From Octopus bimaculoides (Eukaryota), in the NCBI RefSeq assembly GCF_001194135.2, contig NC_068985.1, forward strand, positions 50,876,961 to 50,934,506: 57,546 nt of DNA, in the 5' to 3' direction. This document shows, piece after piece, positions 1 through 10,032 of this stretch (the stretch's first letter is position 1; the number at the start of each line of letters is the position of its first letter). The notes beneath the pieces were generated by a model. That model did not search any database. It saw only the letters and a program-made list of their open reading frames with translations, and was not told the origin of the DNA. Made by a program: the position numbers and the translations under genes.

Positions 1-180
1 AAAAACATGAGATACAGGTATTCTTTTCCTTGGGACAAATTCTTTTCCTTGGGACAAATATCGTAGTTTACAAATCCATGCTTGAATATGTGGGTCTCCT
101 TTAGAAACGCACCTCTCCAAGAAAATGAAATGCAATTAAATAAAATAAAAAAAAAGTTATGAAAATGGAAAATATATACA

Positions 181-749
181 AAATAAATGATGTATGCAAA
201 AAATTAGAAAGATTCGTCCATTTTTAAATATTTTGTACTAAAAAAATAAAACGGATACTCGCGACTATAAACAAACATGTCGGACGATACTAGGCGAAGT
301 AATTTACTTTTACCAGTCAGTTATTATTAATGATACAAGGAGACCGACAATATCGTTTGCAAATTCTTGATCATTTTTAATCAGATTTTTTTTTTACTGT
401 GCACACTCGTTAGGGTTAGGTGGTGTGCTTTACCTTCGCCCATTCTATGATGTGATATACGATAGAAGTAATTATAAAACCATAGAGTAAATATGTTGAA
501 GACATATGTAAGTTTTGTTATTTTTATTTTCAGTTTACAGAGAAAATAAATTATACAACACATAACTCAGTGGCTATTTGGCCCCTCGTATCATTAATAA
601 TGCCTGATTAACAAAAGCAAATTACCTCCCCATGTATCGTCCGACATGTTTATTTGTATTCGCAAGTGCCCGTTTTTCCGTTTGTTTTATTTTTGAGTAT
701 AAAATATTTTAAAATGAATGGATCTTTCTAATTTTTACATCATTTATTT
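181..749. mobile_element. Foldback/MITE-like element with about 170-bp imperfect terminal inverted repeats and a central TTAGGGTTAGG
   Basis: 181-~348 (aaataaatgatgta...aattagaaagat...acatgtcggacgatac...attaatgatac) is the reverse complement of ~573-749 (gtatcattaat...gtatcgtccgacatgt...atctttctaatt...tacatcatttattt). ttagggttagg lies at 410-420. Confidence 0.7.
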
Positions 750-797
750 GGGGCAAATTTCTATATTAACACCCGCACGATTTTCACTAAGAAAAAC

Positions 798-936
798 AAA
801 AACTCGGATTTCTTGCGTGGAATCAAGTACCCTGACCTCCTAATATGCTACAAATCCCTTATTTTGGTTCGGAAAAAAGGGATTTGCAGCATATTAAGTC
901 AAGGTACTTGAATCCACGCAAAAAATCCGAGTTTTT
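798..936. repeat. About 140-bp imperfect palindrome (hairpin) abutting an assembly gap
   Basis: aaaaactcggatttcttgcgtggaatcaagtacc...atatgctacaaatccctt pairs with aagggatttgcagcatat...ggtacttgaatccacgcaaaaaatccgagttttt. Confidence 0.75.
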
Positions 937-1984
937 NNNNNNNNNNNNNNNNNNNNNNNNNNNNNNNNNNNNNNNNNNNNNNNNNNNNNNNNNNNNNNNN
1001 NNNNNNNNNNNNNNNNNNNNNNNNNNNNNNNNNNNNNNNNNNNNNNNNNNNNNNNNNNNNNNNNNNNNNNNNNNNNNNNNNNNNNNNNNNNNNNNNNNNN
1101 NNNNNNNNNNNNNNNNNNNNNNNNNNNNNNNNNNNNNNNNNNNNNNNNNNNNNNNNNNNNNNNNNNNNNNNNNNNNNNNNNNNNNNNNNNNNNNNNNNNN
1201 NNNNNNNNNNNNNNNNNNNNNNNNNNNNNNNNNNNNNNNNNNNNNNNNNNNNNNNNNNNNNNNNNNNNNNNNNNNNNNNNNNNNNNNNNNNNNNNNNNNN
1301 NNNNNNNNNNNNNNNNNNNNNNNNNNNNNNNNNNNNNNNNNNNNNNNNNNNNNNNNNNNNNNNNNNNNNNNNNNNNNNNNNNNNNNNNNNNNNNNNNNNN
1401 NNNNNNNNNNNNNNNNNNNNNNNNNNNNNNNNNNNNNNNNNNNNNNNNNNNNNNNNNNNNNNNNNNNNNNNNNNNNNNNNNNNNNNNNNNNNNNNNNNNN
1501 NNNNNNNNNNNNNNNNNNNNNNNNNNNNNNNNNNNNNNNNNNNNNNNNNNNNNNNNNNNNNNNNNNNNNNNNNNNNNNNNNNNNNNNNNNNNNNNNNNNN
1601 NNNNNNNNNNNNNNNNNNNNNNNNNNNNNNNNNNNNNNNNNNNNNNNNNNNNNNNNNNNNNNNNNNGAAAATGAGGATTTTTAAATGAAATTTTATAAAA
1701 ATACCTTTGAAACGGCATACATTACGACTATAAAGTAATTTGTGGGGAAAATCTTGAGGTGCAAGATCCGAATTTTTCCTCGTTATATTCCGAAATCACA
1801 TTCAACTTTCTACAGATATCCTAGCGTAGTACTACTACACTACGTAGTGTTTATTTCTACCCACTTTCTATAATTTTTAGTGTTTTGGCTTCAATTTTAT
1901 TTCATTTTCAATTACTTTAACGCTGTTTTAACCCTTCGTCGTTATTCTCATTCACTCGTTATTACTTCCTCTCTCTCTCTTTCT

Positions 1985-2100
1985 TTCGAAACGTCGAGTT
2001 AGAATAGAGGCGGCTGATGAAGGAATAATTCCAAATGGCTATCTGTTTTCCTATGTGTTCGTTCCGTTTTCTGTAGTTCATTGTTCTAACGTCCTGTACC
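1985..2100 (+). mobile_element. Probable Penelope-like element remnant with degenerate hammerhead-like motifs
   Basis: GAAACGTC at 1988-1995, then CTGATGA (2014-2020) and a GGAA/TTCC stem (2022-2032) followed by AAA. The G of the GAAA core is missing. Confidence 0.35.
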
Positions 2101-2169
2101 CTGATATGCATCTATATACACATGTAGATGTAAGTATGTACATATATGTGTGTATACACGCATATATAT

Positions 2170-2178
2170 TCTTTGTAT

Positions 2179-2221
<43 letters not shown>

Positions 2222-2257
2222 ACATATATATATACATACACACATATATATACACGC

Positions 2258-2289
<32 letters not shown>

Positions 2290-2290
2290 G
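2170..2290. repeat. Compound (TA)n/(GA)n/(CA)n microsatellite
   Basis: Directly visible dinucleotide runs. Confidence 0.9.
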
Positions 2291-3185
2291 AGGGAAAAAC
2301 TTGCATCTTGTAAATTTTCCTAAGTCCTCTCCCCATCCTTTGGAAAAGATTTTCCCAACAAATTTCTTTATAATCGTAATGTATGCCCTTCCAAAGATAT
2401 TTCTATAAAATTTCATTGAAAAAAAACCATTTTCCTGAAAGTTATGAGGGAAAAACTCCGATTTTGTGAATTTTCCGAAGTTCTTTCCCAACAAATTTCT
2501 TTATAATCGTAATGTATNNNNNNNNNNNNNNNNNNNNNNNNNNNNNNNNNNNNNNNNNNNNNNNNNNNNNNNNNNNNNNNNNNNNNNNNNNNNNNNNNNN
2601 NNNNNNNNNNNNNNNNNNNNNNNNNNNNNNNNNNNNNNNNNNNNNNNNNNNNNNNNNNNNNNNNNNNNNNNNNNNNNNNNNNNNNNNNNNNNNNNNNNNN
2701 NNNNNNNNNNNNNNNNNNNNNNNNNNNNNNNNNNNNNNNNNNNNNNNNNNNNNNNNNNNNNNNNNNNNNNNNNNNNNNNNNNNNNNNNNNNNNNNNNNNN
2801 NNNNNNNNNNNNNNNNNNNNNNNNNNNNNNNNNNNNNNNNNNNNNNNNNNNNNNNNNNNNNNNNNNNNNNNNNNNNNNNNNNNNNNNNNNNNNNNNNNNN
2901 NNNNNNNNNNNNNNNNNNNNNNNNNNNNNNNNNNNNNNNNNNNNNNNNNNNNNNNNNNNNNNNNNNNNNNNNNNNNNNNNNNNNNNNNNNNNNNNNNNNN
3001 NNNNNNNNNNNNNNNNNNNNNNNNNNNNNNNNNNNNNNNNNNNNNNNNNNNNNNNNNNNNNNNNNNNNNNNNNNNNNNNNNNNNNNNNNNNNNNNNNNNN
3101 NNNNNNNNNNNNNNNNNNNNNNNNNNNNNNNNNNNNNNNNNNNNNNNNNNNTGAGCTCGGGTCAAACGTTTTAGTTTGACCGTTA

Positions 3186-5381
3186 TTTACCTATACTGGA
3201 AGATTACCATAAGTTGTTGTGCAGCCGGTACTATGATATTCAATCACGTGTGTGATTTATTTATAAACAGCTAAAAAAAAATTTTTTTTTAACATTTCGT
3301 AGTACGGATAAGACTAGTAAGTTATTTCCCTTGTATTTATTTACTTTTTTTACTTCCCTAAACTGGAAGATTGTGGAAGCGCAATGGCCCAGTGGTTAGG
3401 GCAGCGGACTCGCGGTTTCGCTTCCCAGACCGGGCGTTGTGAGTGTTTATTGAGCGAAAACACCTAAAGTTCCACGAGGCTCCGGCAGGGGATGGTGACG
3501 AAACCTGCTGTACTCTTTCACCACAACTTTCTCTCACTCTTGTTTCTGTTGTGCCTGTAATTCAAAGGGCCAGCCTTGTCACACTGTGTCATGCTGAATA
3601 TCCCCGAGAACTACAATAAGAGTACACGTGTCTGTGGAGTGCCCACCCACTTGCACGTCAGTTTCACGAGCAGGTTGTTCCGTTGATCGGATCAACTGGA
3701 ACCCTCAACGTCGTAAGCGACGGAGTGCCAACAACAACAAAACTGGAAGATTACCATTTTGGAAGTTATTTCGTGTTAAGGTTGTATTTGGGTAATTTCA
3801 ACCCATCAACGACGTATATTCAGTTGAAGAAAGCTACTGTTGTTTGCGATAGTAATCGAAGAGGAACAACTTCCGGGTCGTCTCTACTAAATGTCACCAC
3901 TCTGTTCTATGTCGAGCGGCCACCTTTATCCTTTCTTCCTTTCCAGTAGCACCGTGCATTCCTTACCTTTTCCCTCCCTTCTACACTATCAACTGGCAAC
4001 CAGCGAACGAACTTCTCACTGCACTGCAGTTACCGTATTTTCGGGTGTATAAGCCGCTATTTTTGTTTTACCTTCATGTTTTTTATGTTATTTTTAATGA
4101 CAATACATCTCAGTTAGAAAATAAGGCATTTTGAAACTACATATACGTCAACGATCTGTTCAGTTTGGCTCAAAAAAATCAGTGACTGAAACTGAATAGC
4201 TCCAATTTCATTACAAGACATCCATTTCCCTAAAAGTTACGAGGGGAAAAATTCGGATCGTGTGAATTTTCCGAAAGTCCTCTCCCCGCCTCCGATTCGT
4301 TCGTGAAATTTTTGTTTTCATATTCCATTAATACACATTTTTTACACCTATTACACTCGTTTTGATTTTTGTTTTGGTGACCAGTAGTTAAAGTAACATT
4401 AACCGATAGAATAACCAGGTTTTAAAAAAATGAGTCCTGGGATCGATTCATTCGACTAAAAATTCCCCAAGGCGGTGACCCAGCATGGCCACAGGCTAAT
4501 GACTGAAACAAGATAGAAGCACAATATACTGAAATGATTTTAACGAAAAAAGTGTGGTTACTCGGCTGATTAAAACTAGCAACCAAATCTTATCCTACCT
4601 TTTTTCTTTAACATTTCTAAGAAAATGTTACTTTCACTTTAATTTCCAAGAAGTGATTATATTAGATACTATGACCAGCAAAACTTTCCAAATTCAAGCA
4701 GATATTTCGTAGAAAAATAATCTATGGAGCTGCTGTTTTAGCATTTCACGCAAGATAATTCATTAACTGCCTGCTGCGTAATAGAAACTCAAGTACGTTG
4801 ACTTATTTCCCTTGTTTATATGAATTTACCTATACTGGAAGATTACCATAAGTTGTTGTGCAGCCGGTACTATGATATTCAATCACGTGTGCNNNNNNNN
4901 NNNNNNNNNNNNNNNNNNNNNNNNNNNNNNNNNNNNNNNNNNNNNNNNNNNNNNNNNNNNNNNNNNNNNNNNNNNNNNNNNNNNNNNNNNNNNNNNNNNN
5001 NNNNNNNNNNNNNNNNNNNNNNNNNNNNNNNNNNNNNNNNNNNNNNNNNNNNNNNNNNNNNNNNNNNNNNNNNNNNNNNNNNNNNNNNNNNNNNNNNNNN
5101 NNNNNNNNNNNNNNNNNNNNNNNNNNNNNNNNNNNNNNNNNNNNNNNNNNNNNNNNNNNNNNNNNNNNNNNNNNNNNNNNNNNNNNNNNNNNNNNNNNNN
5201 NNNNNNNNNNNNNNNNNNNNNNNNNNNNNNNNNNNNNNNNNNNNNNNNNNNNNNNNNNNNNNNNGCGTAATAGAAACTCAAGTACGTTGACTTATTTCCC
5301 TTGTTTATATGAATTTACCTATACTGGAAGATTACCATAAGTTGTTGTGCAGCCGGTACTATGATATTCAATCACGTGTGC
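3186..5381 (+). repeat. Three copies of a 67-bp segment upstream of the ParB-like ORF (3186-3252, 4825-4891, 5314-5380)
   Basis: tttacctatactggaagattaccataagttgttgtgcagccggtactatgatattcaatcacgtgtg is identical in all three. Copies 2 and 3 lie in a 117-bp duplication (4776-4892 = 5265-5381) flanking an N gap. Confidence 0.85.
3373..3739 (+). mobile_element. Full-length tRNA-derived SINE with (AAC)n tail and 13-bp target-site duplication
   Basis: A-box-like TGGCCCAGTGG and degenerate B-box-like GGTTTCGCTTCCC near the 5' end; caacaacaacaa tail; AAACTGGAAGATT duplicated at 3360-3372 and 3740-3752. Confidence 0.85.
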
Positions 5382-5476
5382 ATAACTTCCCTTGTTTATA
5401 AGAATTTTTACTTTCATTTTGATTTCCGAGAAATAGGATCTTCACAAGTTGTGTTTTGTCATTACATACGTTAACT

Positions 5477-6224
5477 ATGTTCATCACACTGTCTCCCAAA
5501 GAGATCCGCTATACTCAAGATTCTATTTCTTCATGTTTTCAAAATGGAAACGAAATACAAGATCTTATTTCAGAAATTATCAGGGGTCAAACCACAACTC
5601 ATGAAATTCGAACAATCAGAGTTTTCGATAAAGATGGAAAATATTATAGCTTAGACAATAGGAGACTTTACGTGTTCAAAGAAGTACAACGGTTAATTAA
5701 GTCAGCCAAATTTGAAGATAAAGGTCAAATTATTATCACACGTTGATTCTGTCGAAGATAAATTCACTACAAGGAACAATGGCTTAAGTATACAAGTAAG
5801 AAAGAGTAAGACAGCAAATAGAGTACCAAAATATGCAAGTCCCAGAACAACATATGAAGCAAGTCCCAGAACTACATATGAAGCAAGTCCCAGAATTATT
5901 TATCCAGCTGGATATAATTTGTCCAGTCTAAGTAATCGTAGCGATGGAACGGATGACTGGACACTTTATGGACTGGACAGAACAACGTATGAAGCAAGTC
6001 CCAGAACAACATATGAAGCAAGTCCCAGAACTACATATGAAGCAAGTCCCAGAATTATTTATCCAGCTGGATATAATTTGTCCAGTTTAAGTAATCGTAG
6101 CGATGGAACGGATGACTGGACACTTTATGGACTGGACACTTCAAGAGCTCCAAATGTTATACGTGAAGATCCCATAAAGCCAAAACCAAAGAAATCCGAT
6201 GATTCTTGGTGTGTAATTCTTTAA
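5477..6224 (+). CDS. ParB/Sulfiredoxin-like domain protein with repeat linker and C-terminal CaaX; reading frame interrupted at about 5693-5700 (frameshifted allele, pseudogene or assembly error)
   Basis: ATG at 5477 gives MFITLSPKEIRYTQDSISSCFQNG...IRTIRVFDKDGKYYSLDNRRLYVFKEVQRL. The +1 frame continues SQPNLKIKVKLL...KFTTRNNGLSIQVR, then repeats, then KPKPKKSDDSWCVIL*. The IRYTQDSI and hydrophobic-SLDNRRL motifs resemble the ParB/Srx N-terminal box and the DG/GxRR catalytic motif (recognised from memory, no HMM run). Confidence 0.7.
5835..6138 (+). repeat. In-frame nested coding repeats: 24-nt unit (TTYEASPR) inside a 159-nt (53-codon) tandem duplication
   Basis: 5835-5979 matches 5994-6138 with one substitution (gtccagtcta vs gtccagttta). 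There are five TTYEASPR units and six SPR motifs. Confidence 0.95.
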
Positions 6225-6820
6225 AGTCACCCGGATGCTACTGACTAAAAGCAATATCACTTTTTAATTTTCTTGAATTTTGCTTGTTTTATTTGAGACG
6301 AAAATGGAACTTACATTTAAATCTTTGATACTACGGATGTGAAGTAAGAACCTTCTAGTTTTCTTTACCTTTATGGTAAAGTTTTATCACCCCAACCCCA
6401 AACTTTTCAACAACAAAGAAAATGGTAAAATTTAACGGTTTTTTTGTTTTTTTACCTTTCATATTTTTACGGATAATAACACGCATACGAAGCAAAATAT
6501 TCAACAAAACACTTTACAATGTATTCAAATGGTATAAATATTGAAAAAGAAAAAAAAAATTAGAAATATTAGGATTCTGATTAAGTTTTCTTTATATATT
6601 CAAACTGATCATTTAAACGATTTTACTGGGAAATTATGACAAACGTAATTAAAATTGAATATTATCGAAGAGAAATCGTTATATCCTTATTCGTAGGAAA
6701 GCAACAATTGGTATATCACCTTTCATTTATTTTTTTTGTCAAGTTATAAAACATTATATGTGTGTATACCTCTCTCTCTCTCTCTCTCTCTCTCCATATA
6801 TTTATATATATTATATATAT

Positions 6821-7772
6821 ATATATTATTGTATAACCGGGAACTTGTTACACTTAAAGTTCTGGGAAAAACTTCCTTTTGTAAACTCCCATACTTTGTT
6901 TTTTTCTTTTCCTTTTATGGTTAATGTTTACATCTTAACTTTATGGAGTCATTCATATCGATTCATTTCAACAATCATTATAATTGATGACAACGCCGTT
7001 ACATAGCAATACTGATCATAGCAATTCAATCATTCTGCAGAATTCGGTACGTAACCTTNNNNNNNNNNAGAATTTAAGGAATGGAGAAAACGCATGTTAT
7101 AATTGTATACTTTATTCCTACATATGTTTCAAAGGATTACAACCTGTGTGATCCATAGGGATCTTTGATATTAAAATTGTAACCTTCTCATCAGGGAAAG
7201 CATGGGAATCATGTGTTCTTTGCTACATTGGTTTCTATTAACGAATTTATTCTATCAGAAGAATTTTTATTCATTAAGATAGAAGAAATGCACATAATTA
7301 TATATATATGTATAAAAGGGGCGGAGGTAAAGAATACGTACACCACCAGCTTTTGCCAGAACATAAACCCTAACACTGAGTGTAAGTATTCTTTACTTTC
7401 GCCATAAAAGGTTTTTGTTTCATTTAAACAATTTTAAAAAGTGTAAATTATAAGTTTATGGTTTAATAGACCTCTCCCACACGCGGCAAAAAAGTTTCAA
7501 TCTCTCTGCTACCAACGAAAACGATAAGCTTTCTCAATATATTATTGTATAACCGGGAACTTGTTACACTTAACATTCTTGGAAAAACATCCTTTTGTAA
7601 ACACCCATATTTTGTTGTTTTTTTTCCCTTTATGGTTAATGTTTACATCTTAACTTTATGGAGTCATTCATATCGATTCATTTCAACAATCATTATAATT
7701 GATGACAACGCCGTTACATAGCAATACTGATCATAGCAATTCAATCATTCTGCAGAATTCGGTACGTAACCT
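6821..7772 (+). repeat. About 238-bp direct duplication (6821-7058 vs 7537-7772) across a 10-N gap
   Basis: The copies share the same text. Differences cluster in the first ~85 bp and the remainder looks identical. Confidence 0.85.
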
Positions 7773-8865
7773 TTTTCATTCGTAAATTGGATAAATTTTC
7801 ATAAATGCACCCGCACGCGTTTCACAAAGGATCTTTTTTTTTTTTTTGCGTGATTTTTAAGCCTTGATTTGCATTTTCCCAATGCTCAACCGTTTCTGTA
7901 GGTGNNNNNNNNNNNNNNNNNNNNNNNNNNNNNNNNNNNNNNNNNNNNNNNNNNNNNNNNNNNNNNNNNNNNNNNNNNNNNNNNNNNNNNNNNNNNNNNN
8001 NNNNNNNNNNNNNNNNNNNNNNNNNNNNNNCACTCCATAAACGGCTCCTTTCTGCAGAAAATGGAAGATTTGACTGCTATTTCTCGCACGCGCTGCTACC
8101 ACGTAATAGCTGTCATGTCCTTTATTGCAAATAGCTGTTCAGTGGTAGCAGGACGTGCTAGAAATACCAGCCTAATCGGTTCATAACAAGGTTTCACTTT
8201 GTATCGCTTTAATTATAACTGGGGAGGGGGTGATCTGCAGTTACTGTCATTATTAAAGTGTTGCTTAAAAATGCACCTAATTTTTAAGCCTTGATTTGCA
8301 TTTTCCCAATGCTCAACCGTTTCTGTAGGTGGTCACTTTCTACATTTTATTAAAATACTGCGATATGCGCTCAAAATACAAAGGAGTTACATTTTAATTC
8401 AAAAGACTTCACCAGTTCTTGAATCTTTGAGAAAATTAACTAAAGAAAAGTGGTGCTCTTTCGTATATGAAGAGTGACTACACTTGTGGTGGGAAAGTGT
8501 ACAAGCGAATCCCCCTTTTTTTTTAATATTCTTTATAATTTAACCTTTCACAAGATCACAAGACAAATGCACTTTCCATTGTCTTTTATGAGAATTGACT
8601 GTCCATGTTTCATATACATTTCGTCAGTAATACATTTCCATAGTAGTATTAGCCATGAAAGAAAGAGTTACTTTAAAATACTGATTTGAAATCAGTTTTA
8701 TAAGATAAATAATGATAGCAAATGGGTTGAAACAAAAATGTGATCGTAACGTCATCAATTCGTTTATAGTCAGAGAAATGTTTTTTTGTTTTTTTTGTTT
8801 CGTAATCAGCTTAACCCAAAGTTAATAAGACATGTCAAGTTGAGGAAGGTGTATAATAACCTTTA

Positions 8866-9992
8866 TCTTCATATATAAATCTGTCTGTCTGTTTGTGCGC
8901 TTATAACTCGAGTATTGTTCATCCGATCGCGCTGAAACTTCAAACATGGTACATGAGAGAGCAGGGCGTTCTGTAATCTAAAAAGATTTTCAAAATTGTT
9001 AGTTTCAAAGTGAGAACACTATTTTTCTAATCTTTTTGTCCTGTTTGTTCCGCCATTAAAAGCAACGAGTTTGCTCATGCAGCCGGCACATACCTTAAGC
9101 TCGCAACAAGGTAAGTACAGGATGACAGTCAGCCAAAACCGTCGCCATGCTGTCTCTCTTATGGAAGTTGTGTATATATTGTGTTATGATTCGTTAGCAA
9201 TCAATTATCCTTATTGAGAAGAAACAGTCAAAAGTAACCACCACATACAATCACCAAACACCTCCACTACTTAACACCGTACAAGTTAACCATCTTCACC
9301 TTTACAGCTGACATGAAAAACTACGAAGAAAAGGCAACTATTTTAATTAAGCAAAAAGAAAAAATTGATTGCTATTAAAACGCGTAAAATTTGGGGGTTA
9401 ATAATCTTAATCTTTAGTTATAGTTTCTCATTCAAACTACATAATAGGCAGAATTGCCGGATTAAGGCAGTAGGGGGGGTTTCAGGGAGATTTGGCTGCT
9501 ATTTCTACCAGGTCTAGCTACCATATAGAGGTCTCTCCCATTGGCTCATACATACATATATACATAAACTCGAAATAAAATACTTAAAGCAACAGGCATC
9601 AAATACGTAAGCCAAAGTCCATGCAGTATCATGGGCCAAAACAAATTCCAACTTCTTGCCTGATACGAGCCGAGAACAATCTCTTATCTCTTACACTATT
9701 TCAGTAATACGTCTCTATTGTAACGTGAGATAATACTTTCAGTTTGAAAGAAGTTTGTCCTATGCCTTATGCATTCCAAAACCGAGTTACAGATTTTAAC
9801 GTATGGGGTACCAAAAGATTCAGTACTATTTCGGCTACAAATTAAACTTAATTTCCATTTACATATTTGCATTTCAAAAATTTAAAATTATAATCTTTTC
9901 CATAAATCAACTATCGTAAACATTTTATACGTTGACGTTACATTTTCTATATATGTGAGTGCCTTAAAAGACATCAATCGTAACGTCACACA

Positions 9993-10032
<40 letters not shown>

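Noticed and set aside
2055-2494. ORFs rich in YIYI, HTHT, CVCV or LSLS (here and at many other sites)
   Set aside because: Translations of dinucleotide microsatellites.
3373-3440. Possible tRNA gene
   Set aside because: A/B boxes only, no complete cloverleaf. It continues into a SINE body with tail and TSD.
3683-3949. 88-aa ORF
   Set aside because: It starts inside the SINE on a TTG and crosses repeat remnants; no recognisable motif.
845-5290. Long ORFs of 130-280 aa in the ORF track
   Set aside because: They consist almost entirely of X translated from N gaps. The same applies to those at 7.9, 26.1, 39.5 and 50.3 kb.
5692-5701. GT...AG (gttaattaag) whose removal would restore the frame
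   Set aside because: 10 nt is far too short for a spliceosomal intron.
5835-6060. CRISPR-like appearance of the 24-nt repeats
   Set aside because: The units are head-to-tail without unique spacers, in frame within an ORF, in eukaryotic DNA with no cas genes.
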